Part shown: piece by piece, positions 1 through 8,547 of the stretch
Numbering within the stretch: position 1 is the first letter of the stretch
How the letters are laid out: the number at the start of each line of letters is the position of its first letter
NCBI GenBank assembly: GCA_018400815.1
Contig: JAGYLS010000052.1
Coordinates: forward strand, 1 to 12,308
Origin: Candidatus Oleincola secundus
Lineage (GTDB): Bacteria > Atribacterota > Phoenicimicrobiia > Phoenicimicrobiales > Stramentimicrobiaceae
Length of the DNA stretch: 12,308 nt
Reading direction: 5' to 3'
The notes under the pieces: model-generated
What the model saw: only the letters and a program-made list of their open reading frames with translations
What the model was told of the DNA's origin: nothing
Databases searched by the model: none
Program-made: the position numbers and the translations under genes

Positions 1-35
1 TTTTTATTCTTTTACTCTTAAATTTATATTGTATT

Positions 36-2105
36 TTACGTAATAACTTGTTTTGCTATATTATCAGGCACACTTTCGTAATAGGCAAATTGCATAACGT
101 AATTTGCCCGACCCTGCGTTATTGACCTTAATCCAGTTGCATATCCGAAAACTTCCTGTAATGGTACATGGGCAATAATTATTTTCCCTTTTATTTTTTT
201 CTTGTCATGAATACCTTCAACCTTTGCTCGTCTTGAATTAAGATCACTAATAATTGGCCCTACATATTCTTCCGGGGTTCTTATTTCCATTTCCACTATT
301 GGCTCAAGCAATACTGGATCCGCCTTTTTCAAACCTTCTTTTAACGCTTTAGAAGCAGCAATTCTGAAGGCTAATTCTGATGAATCTACCGGGTGAAAAG
401 AACCATCTACCAAAGAAACCTTTATATTGGTAACTGGATAACTAGCCAATACACCGGATAACATTGCTTCCTGTATTCCCTGTTTTACAGCAGGTATATA
501 ATCTTTTGGTACGCTACCACCTACTGTCCGATCTATAAATTCAAATAGATCTTCTTTATATGGTTCAATTTCTATAATAACATCCCCATATTGACCTCTT
601 CCTCCACTCTGCCTAATAAATTTGCCCTGAGCCCTTGCATTTTTTCTGATAGTTTCCTTGAAGGCTACTTGAGGTTCTCCTATGTTACCTTCAACCTTGT
701 GTTCCCTGAGCAATCGATCAATAATTATTTCTAGGTGGAGTTCTCCCATTCCTGAAATAATTGTCTGCCCTGTGTCTTTATTAATATTACGCCGAAATGT
801 GGGATCTTCTTCAGCCATCTTATCAAGAGCAATGGCCATTTTTTCTTTGTCCACTTGACTTTTTGGCTCAATTGCAATTGAAATAACTGGCTCAGGAAAT
901 TCCATTTTTTCTAAAATAATCTGATTCTTTTCATCACAAAGCGTATCTCCTGTTCCTGATTTCTTTAAACCAATAATTGCTCCAAGATTCCCAGCTGTTA
1001 TTTCGTCCACCTGCTCTTTATGGTCAGCATGTATTTTAACTAATCTATTAACTCTTTCTCTAACATTTTGCGTTGAATTGTATACATAAGAACCATTTTT
1101 TAATATTCCCGAATATACTCTAACAAAGCTTAATTTACCAAAGAAAGGATCTGCTAGTACTTTAAAAACTAAAGAAGATAAAGGTTCATTTACATCCGTT
1201 TTTCGTATCATTTCTTCTCCTGTATTAGGATTTTCTCCTTTTACTGGCAAAACCTCTAACGGAGAAGGCATATATCTATTTATAGCATCCAAAAGTAATT
1301 GAATGCCCTTGTTTTTTAAGGCTGCTCCGCATAATACAGGGACAATTCGATTGTTAATCGTTCCTTGTCTAATTAGTTTGTGTATTCTTTCCACATCGAT
1401 TTCCTTACCATATAAGTAATCTTCTAAAAAAGATTCATCCTCTTCAGTAAGGATTTCGAGCATTTTTTTTCTTGCTTTTTTTGCTTCACTTAAATAATCT
1501 TCAGGTATTTCTACTGTGTAATAATTGACACCTAATTCATCAACAGTGTAAGAATAGGCTTTCATATTGATGACATCAATAATCCCCTGAAAATTTCCTT
1601 CACTTCCCCAAGGTATTTGAATAACTAATGGTACAATAGAAAATTTATCTCTAATCGTTTTAACAGTGCCATAGAAATCTGCCCCTGTCCGGTCCATCTT
1701 ATTAATAAGAGCCAATCTTGGAACATGATAGCGGTCAGCTTGGTTCCAAACAGTTTCTGATTGTGGTTCTACTCCTGCAACAGCACAAAAAACGGCAATA
1801 GCACCATCAAGGACTCGCAATGAACGTTCAACTTCAACAGTAAAGTCTACATGCCCTGGTGTATCAATAATATTAATTTGATGACCTTTCCAAAAAGATG
1901 TAGTTACAGCAGAAGTAATAGTAATACCTCTTTCTTTTTCCTGAGGCATCCAATCCATTGTTGCTGAGCCCTCATGCACTTCACCCATTTTATGCAATTT
2001 ACCGGAATAATATAATATTCTTTCGGTAACCGTTGTCTTCCCAGCATCGATATGAGCCATAATTCCAATATTTCTTACTTTTTGCAAGTCAATTTTATTC
2101 GTCAT
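36..2105 (-). CDS. fusA: Elongation factor G
   Basis: 689-aa ORF with EF-G motifs [46 protein letters not shown] and HPVDSS; lies downstream of rpsL-rpsG. Confidence 0.99.
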   Translation of the reverse strand: MTNKIDLQKVRNIGIMAHIDAGKTTVTERILYYSGKLHKMGEVHEGSATMDWMPQEKERGITITSAVTTSFWKGHQINIIDTPGHVDFTVEVERSLRVLDGAIAVFCAVAGVEPQSETVWNQADRYHVPRLALINKMDRTGADFYGTVKTIRDKFSIVPLVIQIPWGSEGNFQGIIDVINMKAYSYTVDELGVNYYTVEIPEDYLSEAKKARKKMLEILTEEDESFLEDYLYGKEIDVERIHKLIRQGTINNRIVPVLCGAALKNKGIQLLLDAINRYMPSPLEVLPVKGENPNTGEEMIRKTDVNEPLSSLVFKVLADPFFGKLSFVRVYSGILKNGSYVYNSTQNVRERVNRLVKIHADHKEQVDEITAGNLGAIIGLKKSGTGDTLCDEKNQIILEKMEFPEPVISIAIEPKSQVDKEKMAIALDKMAEEDPTFRRNINKDTGQTIISGMGELHLEIIIDRLLREHKVEGNIGEPQVAFKETIRKNARAQGKFIRQSGGRGQYGDVIIEIEPYKEDLFEFIDRTVGGSVPKDYIPAVKQGIQEAMLSGVLASYPVTNIKVSLVDGSFHPVDSSELAFRIAASKALKEGLKKADPVLLEPIVEMEIRTPEEYVGPIISDLNSRRAKVEGIHDKKKIKGKIIIAHVPLQEVFGYATGLRSITQGRANYVMQFAYYESVPDNIAKQVIT

Positions 2106-2181
2106 ACTTAATCATTCTTTCATTCTTTAGTAATTTAAAAATTTTTTATGTTTAACTATTATTATATTAGGTAATATATTA

Positions 2182-2652
2182 TTACCAGCGATAATGTGCA
2201 AAAGCTTTATTTGCCTCAGCCATTCTATGAGTATCTTCTTTTTTCTTGACCGAAACGCCAGTTCCCTGGGCAGCATCGAGCAGTTCACTTGCCAATCGCT
2301 CTGAAAAAGGTTTTCCTGTTTTACTTCTACTGAAATTAATAATCCACCTCATTGCTAAAGTAACTCTTCTCTCCGGTGAAACTTCAATAGGTACCTGATA
2401 ACTTGCTCCACCAACTCTTCTCGATTTTACTTCTAGTACTGGCATTACATTTTCCATAGCCTGGTTAAAAACATCCAGAGAATCTTTTTTGGTCTTTTCT
2501 TTAATTATATCCATTGAATCATAGAATATACGGCGGGCTATGCTTTTCTTTCCGTCTAACATAATATGATTAATAAACTGATTAACTCTCTTATCTTTAA
2601 AGATAGGATCCTCTGTTATTTCATTTTTGCTTGCTTTTCTTTTTCTGGACAT
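2182..2652 (-). CDS. rpsG: 30S ribosomal protein S7 (uS7)
   Basis: 156 aa; DGKKSIA, EVKSRRVGGASYQVP, HRMAEANKAFAHYRW; tandem TAA TAA stops. Confidence 0.99.
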   Translation of the reverse strand: MSRKRKASKNEITEDPIFKDKRVNQFINHIMLDGKKSIARRIFYDSMDIIKEKTKKDSLDVFNQAMENVMPVLEVKSRRVGGASYQVPIEVSPERRVTLAMRWIINFSRSKTGKPFSERLASELLDAAQGTGVSVKKKEDTHRMAEANKAFAHYRW

Positions 2653-2660
2653 TTAAAATC

Positions 2661-2666
2661 CACCTC
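2661..2666 (-). promoter_or_regulatory. Shine-Dalgarno site of rpsG (GAGGTG)
   Basis: GAGGTG 8 nt upstream of the ATG at 2652. Confidence 0.85.
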
Positions 2667-2710
2667 AACTAAGTTTAATTATTACTTTATTTTCTAAACA
2701 GATACATAAC

Positions 2711-3085
2711 CTATTTTTTGGGTTTTGTTGCACCATACTTAGATCGCCCCTGAACTCTTCCATCTACACCAGTAGTATCCATAACACCTCTAACTATATG
2801 ATATCTTACCCCCGGTAAATCTTTTACTCTTCCACCTCTTAATAAAACAATAGAATGTTCCTGTAAGTTATGCCCAATTCCAGGTATATAAGCGGTAACT
2901 TCCATATTGTTTGTCAACCTTACTCTTGCTACTTTCCGTAAAGCCGAATTAGGTTTTTTAGGTGTTATAGTCCAAACACGTGTACAGACACCTCTCTTTA
3001 GAGGTGAGCCTTTTAAGGCCGGTGTATCTGATTTTTTTGTTGCTTTTTTTCTTCCTCTTTTTACCAATTGATTAATTGTTGGCAT
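2711..3085 (-). CDS. rpsL: 30S ribosomal protein S12 (uS12)
   Basis: MPTINQLV...[11 protein letters not shown]...[13 protein letters not shown]. Start set at ATG 3085 (canonical MPTINQL N-terminus, SD upstream) rather than the ORF-track start at 3112; 124 aa. Confidence 0.99.
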   Translation of the reverse strand: MPTINQLVKRGRKKATKKSDTPALKGSPLKRGVCTRVWTITPKKPNSALRKVARVRLTNNMEVTAYIPGIGHNLQEHSIVLLRGGRVKDLPGVRYHIVRGVMDTTGVDGRVQGRSKYGATKPKK

Positions 3086-3092
3086 CTCAAGA

Positions 3093-3100
3093 CCACCTTT
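3093..3100 (-). promoter_or_regulatory. Shine-Dalgarno site of rpsL (AAAGGTGG)
   Basis: AAAGGTGG 7 nt upstream of ATG 3085. Confidence 0.8.
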
Positions 3101-3240
3101 TCTTTTTTTCAAAATCTAAACTATTATAAATTTATTTTGACTATATTCTTCAATATCTATTTTAAGTAAAACCATTCTTACTTTTCTTACTTTTAATTAA
3201 AAATAGTTTTTAATGATAACGTAACTTAAAATACTTAAAC

Positions 3241-3269
3241 ATTTTATCAGCATCACCTGGTGATGTCAA
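3241..3269 (-). promoter_or_regulatory. Sigma70/SigA-type promoter of the rpsL-rpsG-fusA operon, extended -10
   Basis: Minus strand reads TTGACA (3269-3264), 17-nt spacer, TAAAAT (3246-3241), with TG one base before the -10 and an AT-rich stretch upstream. Confidence 0.85.
3251..3265. repeat. Perfect 7-1-7 palindrome CATCACC-T-GGTGATG in the promoter spacer
   Basis: Read directly from the sequence; overlaps the last 2 nt of the -35 hexamer. Confidence 0.9.
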
Positions 3270-3321
3270 TATATATTAATATTAAAAATCTAAATGATTT
3301 TGATTCTAATTTTTTTCTTTT

Positions 3322-6300
3322 TTAATCATTATCATCTTGCTGTGTTATACTTTTGTCTTCTTCCAAACTGTTATCGTATTCCTGATTCTTTTTAATCTCT
3401 TCTTCTTCATGCATTTTATTTTCCCTCTCAAGTTCTTCTTCATATTGGGAAGTAATTTCTACATCTCGATACTGAGGTAATCCAGTTCCGGAGGGAATAA
3501 TATTTCCAATAATTACATTCTCTTTTAAGCCAACAAGATGATCAATTTTCCCCTTAATTGATGCATTTGTCAATACATGTGTTGTTCTCTGGAAAGAAGC
3601 TGCAGATAAAAAGCTTTCGGTAGACAGAGAAGCCTGTGTAATTCCCTGAATAATAGGCATACCTACTGCAGGTAGTTTAATTCTTCTCATATATCCAACA
3701 TCTTCAATTAAAGATACTGTTTCTTCTTGACTATTGTCACTGCGATATTTTATTATTTCTACATTTTGTTGAAATATAATATTTGCATTTTTCTTGGTAA
3801 TCTTTTCACCTGCTGAAATTATTACATTTTCAGTTTTTTTATCAATAATGTCCTGGGCAATGGTTTTTCCAACCAGGTTATTATAAATATGCTCAAGCGC
3901 CCTTCCTTCCAAGGAAAAGAAGCGTCCATCTTCTAATGGAATATCACTGATTCCAGCCAAATATGCCTTTCTAATAATATTTTTACTCACTGGCTGAGCC
4001 TTATCTGCAATAATATTATCAGATTCGGGATCTCTAAGTTCTTCACCCAGGGTTTTCCCTATTACATCTTCTTTAATAAAACTAATTAGGTTTTCTTTGA
4101 TGTTAATCTCTTTTATATCATTCCATATTTTTATCTTTTCGCATTGATGTTCTACTATTTTTATAATGTCTTCCTCTTCTAATATCTTGTTAGCATAAAT
4201 GATAACTTCGTTACTTTCAGGCCCTTTTATATCCTCGGCCAATATGTTACCTTTTAATTTTTCCACTTCTTCCGGTTTCCCTATTCTAAGCCTGTTTAAA
4301 CCACGATTAACCATATCAATTGCTATATCTCTTGTTATTTTTTTACCTATTAGTTTTTTTGTATCTATTTTATCATTCTCTTCAAGTTTACTATTATTAT
4401 CTATCTCTGTGCTATTATGAGAAAGCGCCCCATCAATAAATATATGACCTGTTATTCTATCGATGAAATTCATTTCTCCCTGTATTATATGATTTATTCT
4501 CCCCTGTTCATCTATAATATCAAAACCCTGGTAGTCTGTATTATCAATTTTTTTAATCGTATTTTCATCAATAACAGTATTCTCGTCAATAATAATTTCC
4601 TTTTTATTTCCATACAATGGTGAAGCTAATTGCTTTTCTAATAATAACTCCCTATTTCTATTATGTATTTCTTCATTTTCTTTCATAACCTGCTTGTTAG
4701 CCTTTTCAAAATCTGAAACATATACCAGTTCTCCTGAAAGTAAATCTGAATCTCTTGATGACCTAACATATATTTTATTCAATCTAGCAATCTGCCTAAC
4801 AATAACCTCAATATGTTTATCATCAATAGTAACACCCTGTGAACGATATACTTCTTGAACTTGTTCTAGTAAATATTTTTGAACTGCTTTAATTCCCTGT
4901 ATTCTTAAAATATCGTTAGGATCAACAAATCCAGTAGTCAACCTTTGTCCGGCATTTACTTTTTGTCCTTCTTCTACAACAATTCTAAGGTCATTTGGTA
5001 TAAAATAAGTTTTTTTCTTATTGTCTTTATTTTTGCCTATACTTTCATCAAGTTCAGGTTTAACAATAACTTCTTTTCTAATTTCCTGTTGTTCATTTTT
5101 AACATGATCAATAAATCCATTAATCTCGCTAATTACTGCCTGTTTTTTAGGTTTTCTAACTTCGAACAATTGTTCGATTCTAGGCAAACCAAGAGTAATA
5201 TCTTCTCCGGTTATTTTAATTCCACCGGTATGAAAAGTTCTTAGAGTAAGCTGAGTGCCTGGTTCACCAATAGATTGAGCAGCAATTGTTCCAACGGCTT
5301 CTCCAATGGTAACCTTTTTACCTGTTGCTACGTCCTTTCCATAACATTTTGCACAAATTCCCTGTTTAGATGAGCAAGTTAATGGTGAACGTATCTTTAC
5401 TTCCTTAATTCCTGCATCAGTAATTTTTTTAGCTATTTTTTCATCGATTGTTTCTCCTCTTTGTACTATGACAACACCTTTTTCATTATTAATAACATCT
5501 TCCTGTGCTGTTCTTCCTACAATCCTTTCTTCTAGCTTCTCAATAATATTTCCGTCTTCTTGAATATCAGAAACAACAACTCCATCAGTAGTGCCGCAAT
5601 CAATTTCTGTAATTATGACATCTTGAGCAACATCAACAAGTCTTCTTGTCAAATAACCGGACTTAGAGGTCCTTAAAGCTGTATCAGCCAAACCTTTTCG
5701 AGCTCCATGGGTAGAAATAAAGTACTCCAAACATGATAATCCTTCTCTAAAATTTGATCGAATAGGAAACTCGATAATCTTTCCAGATGGGTCAGCCATC
5801 AAGCCTCTCATACCTGCTAATTGTCCTATCTGTCTTCTACTACCACGTGCACCTGAATCAGCCATCATAAAAAGTGGGTTAACGCTTCTAAGATTATTCA
5901 AAATAGCACTAACAACATTGTTGGCTGCATCTGTCCAGGCTGTAATAATTTTTTCTTCTCTTTCCTCTTTCATAATTAAACCATAATTGAATTGTTCTTT
6001 TATTTTCGAAACTTTTTTCTCGGCTTCATCAATTATCTTATCCTTTTCAGATGGAATTTCTAAATCAACCACCCCAATTGTTATTCCAGATGTAGTAGCG
6101 TAGTGAAAGCCAAGTTCCTTGACATCATCCAGGCATTTTACAGCTACGTCTTGTCCAAAGTGTCGAAAGATATAGGAAATAATTTTTGCCAATGATTTTT
6201 TAGTTATAGTTAAATCAACGAACTTCATATCTGCTGGTAATATTTGGTTGAAAATAACTCTTCCTACGGTGGTTTCTTCAATATTTCCTTTTACTCTAAT

Positions 6301-8454
6301 TTTTACCTTTGCATGAATATTTACATAACCATCTTCCTGCGCACGCATCGCTTCCTCAGGGCATGAAAATATCTTTCCCTCTCCTTTTTGTCCTTTTTCT
6401 TTCATTGTTAGGTAGTAACATCCTAAAACAATATCTTGTGCAGGTAAAGTAATTGGTGTTCCATTAGCAGGAGACAAAATATTATGCGAAGAAAGCATTA
6501 AAGTTTCAGCCTCAGTTTGTGCTTCTGTGGACAATGGAACATGAACTGCCATTTGATCTCCGTCAAAGTCTGCATTAAATGCCGGGCATGATAGCGGATG
6601 TAGCTGAATAGCATTACCTTCTACTAAAACAGGTTTAAAAACCTGAATACCCAAACGATGCAGTGTAGGAGCTCGATTAAGTATTACAGGATGTTCTTCG
6701 ATAATTTCCTCTAAAATGTTCCATACTTCCGGAGATTCCTGTTCAACTAATTTTTTTGCTGTCTTAATATTATGTGCTAACTCTCTTTTAACTAAGTGAT
6801 GCATAACAAATGGCTTAAATAATTCCAATGCCATTTTTTTAGGTAATCCACATTGGTGTAGCTTTAATTTAGGACCTACTACGATAACAGAACGCCCAGA
6901 ATAATCAACTCTTTTACCTAATAGATTCTGTCTAAATCGGCCCTTTTTCCCTTCCAGCAAATCACTCAAAGATTTAAGAGGACGATTCCCCGCACCTAGT
7001 ACTGCATGACCTCTACGTCCGTTGTCAATAAGCGCATCAACTGCTTCTTGAAGCATTCTCTTTTCATTTTTTATTATAATGTCCGGCGCACCTAGTTCTA
7101 ACAACCTTTTTAATCTATTATTTCGATTAATCACCCTGCGGTACAAATCATTAAGATCAGAAGTGGCAAATCTTCCACCTTCCAATTGAACCATTGGTCT
7201 TAAATCAGGAGGAATCACTGGTAAAACATCCATAATCATCCATTCAGGTCTACAGTGGCTTTTTCTAAATGCCTCTATAATTTGCAACCTTTTAATCATT
7301 TTCTTTGCTTTTTGACCAGTAGAGCGCTTTAGTTCTTCTCTTATTTCCATATTAAGAGAATCTAGATTAATTTCTTTTAACAAGTCTTTAATTGCTTCTG
7401 CCCCAATTCCAGCTCTAAACTGTGGATCATAATGAGAATATAATCTATGCTCTGTTTCTAAAATAATATCTCCAATTTTTAAATTTGTTTTACCAGGATT
7501 AATAACTACATAACAAGATTCTTCTAAGGTTTGTTTTGCCATTGTAGTTCTTTTTGATAGTTCCTGATCTTTTTCTAGTAATATCTTTAATTTAGTTTCT
7601 GTTATTAATCCTTCAATTTCTACGATTTTATATTCTATGGGCTCTTTCTTATCATTAGAATCATCTTTACCTTCTAAAGTTTTTTCCTGTTCTTTCTCAA
7701 CCTGTATTTCTTTTTTTTCTTCTTTTAATTTATCTTTATTAATTTCTTCATTTATGTTTTCTTCTTCAATTTCCTCATCGGAAACATTAAATCCCTCAGG
7801 AATAATCTGCTCAGCAGTAAAAAATATTTTTCCAAAATTTTCCTGTAGCTCGAGTAACCTACCTTCGCTAATAATATCACCAACTTTTTGTGGAAACTTT
7901 TTAAGTTGATTAACCCGGTAAACTGGTTCTGCACTAAAGTCAGGTTGATACGTTTGATGTATTTTATATTCTGTTTCTAGAATGACATCACTTACTAAAT
8001 AGTTATTTTCATCTTCTGTCTTATTTACTCCATATATTTGCTCCCTTCGTCTGTCAGGAGCAAAATAGAGTACTTTCTCAAGATTACGTGGAGAAATATT
8101 TACCAACAATGCCAGCGGACTAGGAATTCCCTTAAAATACCATACATGAGAAACAGGACATGCTAATTCAATATGCCCCATTCTCTCTCTTCGTGTAATC
8201 GACTTTGTAACTTCCACACCACAGCGATCACAGATAACTCCTTTGTATCTAATTCTTTTGTATTTACCACAACTACATTCCCAATCTTTAACCGGTCCAA
8301 AAATACGTTCACAGAATAATCCATCTTTTTCGGGTTTAAGGGTTCTATAATTGATAGTTTCTGGTTTTTTTACTTCCCCATAAGACCATCTTTGAATTTC
8401 TTCGTTAGAAGCTAATCCTATAGCAATCGCATTAATTCTTTCTGGAATATCCAA
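3322..8454 (-). CDS. rpoC: DNA-directed RNA polymerase subunit beta' with two large insertions
   Basis: Zn finger CSC...[18 protein letters not shown], catalytic NADFDGD, second Zn site (DCG...TC...CAKC), [21 protein letters not shown]. The ORF extends to ATG 8460, but SD spacing favours TTG at 8454. Confidence 0.99.
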   Translation of the reverse strand: MDIPERINAIAIGLASNEEIQRWSYGEVKKPETINYRTLKPEKDGLFCERIFGPVKDWECSCGKYKRIRYKGVICDRCGVEVTKSITRRERMGHIELACPVSHVWYFKGIPSPLALLVNISPRNLEKVLYFAPDRRREQIYGVNKTEDENNYLVSDVILETEYKIHQTYQPDFSAEPVYRVNQLKKFPQKVGDIISEGRLLELQENFGKIFFTAEQIIPEGFNVSDEEIEEENINEEINKDKLKEEKKEIQVEKEQEKTLEGKDDSNDKKEPIEYKIVEIEGLITETKLKILLEKDQELSKRTTMAKQTLEESCYVVINPGKTNLKIGDIILETEHRLYSHYDPQFRAGIGAEAIKDLLKEINLDSLNMEIREELKRSTGQKAKKMIKRLQIIEAFRKSHCRPEWMIMDVLPVIPPDLRPMVQLEGGRFATSDLNDLYRRVINRNNRLKRLLELGAPDIIIKNEKRMLQEAVDALIDNGRRGHAVLGAGNRPLKSLSDLLEGKKGRFRQNLLGKRVDYSGRSVIVVGPKLKLHQCGLPKKMALELFKPFVMHHLVKRELAHNIKTAKKLVEQESPEVWNILEEIIEEHPVILNRAPTLHRLGIQVFKPVLVEGNAIQLHPLSCPAFNADFDGDQMAVHVPLSTEAQTEAETLMLSSHNILSPANGTPITLPAQDIVLGCYYLTMKEKGQKGEGKIFSCPEEAMRAQEDGYVNIHAKVKIRVKGNIEETTVGRVIFNQILPADMKFVDLTITKKSLAKIISYIFRHFGQDVAVKCLDDVKELGFHYATTSGITIGVVDLEIPSEKDKIIDEAEKKVSKIKEQFNYGLIMKEEREEKIITAWTDAANNVVSAILNNLRSVNPLFMMADSGARGSRRQIGQLAGMRGLMADPSGKIIEFPIRSNFREGLSCLEYFISTHGARKGLADTALRTSKSGYLTRRLVDVAQDVIITEIDCGTTDGVVVSDIQEDGNIIEKLEERIVGRTAQEDVINNEKGVVIVQRGETIDEKIAKKITDAGIKEVKIRSPLTCSSKQGICAKCYGKDVATGKKVTIGEAVGTIAAQSIGEPGTQLTLRTFHTGGIKITGEDITLGLPRIEQLFEVRKPKKQAVISEINGFIDHVKNEQQEIRKEVIVKPELDESIGKNKDNKKKTYFIPNDLRIVVEEGQKVNAGQRLTTGFVDPNDILRIQGIKAVQKYLLEQVQEVYRSQGVTIDDKHIEVIVRQIARLNKIYVRSSRDSDLLSGELVYVSDFEKANKQVMKENEEIHNRNRELLLEKQLASPLYGNKKEIIIDENTVIDENTIKKIDNTDYQGFDIIDEQGRINHIIQGEMNFIDRITGHIFIDGALSHNSTEIDNNSKLEENDKIDTKKLIGKKITRDIAIDMVNRGLNRLRIGKPEEVEKLKGNILAEDIKGPESNEVIIYANKILEEEDIIKIVEHQCEKIKIWNDIKEINIKENLISFIKEDVIGKTLGEELRDPESDNIIADKAQPVSKNIIRKAYLAGISDIPLEDGRFFSLEGRALEHIYNNLVGKTIAQDIIDKKTENVIISAGEKITKKNANIIFQQNVEIIKYRSDNSQEETVSLIEDVGYMRRIKLPAVGMPIIQGITQASLSTESFLSAASFQRTTHVLTNASIKGKIDHLVGLKENVIIGNIIPSGTGLPQYRDVEITSQYEEELERENKMHEEEEIKKNQEYDNSLEEDKSITQQDDND

Positions 8455-8461
8455 CCACATT

Positions 8462-8467
8462 ACCTCC
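8462..8467 (-). promoter_or_regulatory. Shine-Dalgarno site of rpoC (GGAGGT)
   Basis: GGGGAGGT lies 1 nt from ATG 8460 and 7 nt from in-frame TTG 8454. Confidence 0.85.
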
Positions 8468-8547
8468 CCGTTATTTAAGTTATGTGTAAGTTAAACAAGA
8501 TTATATGCAGTAAATAATCTTTATTTGTAGTATTCTAAATTTTCTTT

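Noticed and set aside
2653..2710. S7-binding regulatory RNA in the rpsL-rpsG spacer, as in E. coli
   Set aside because: The spacer is only 58 nt, very AT-rich, and shows no convincing stem.
2800..2975. Streptomycin-resistance positions in S12
   Set aside because: TPKKPNS and RVKDLPG are wild type.
3137..3165. Plus-strand TTGACT as a possible antisense promoter
   Set aside because: No acceptable -10 at 16-18 nt spacing.
3197..3253. 18-codon minus-strand ORF MLIKCLSILSYVIIKNYF starting in the palindrome
   Set aside because: Its ATG is upstream of the predicted TSS and has no properly spaced SD.
3322..3450. Acidic C-terminal tail of beta'
   Set aside because: Variable acidic tails are common in RpoC.
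3682..8058. Possibility that the beta' insertions are inteins or introns
   Set aside because: No C/S start with an HN-C/S/T end, no LAGLIDADG motif and no frame break; both insertions consist of RNAP-derived repeats.
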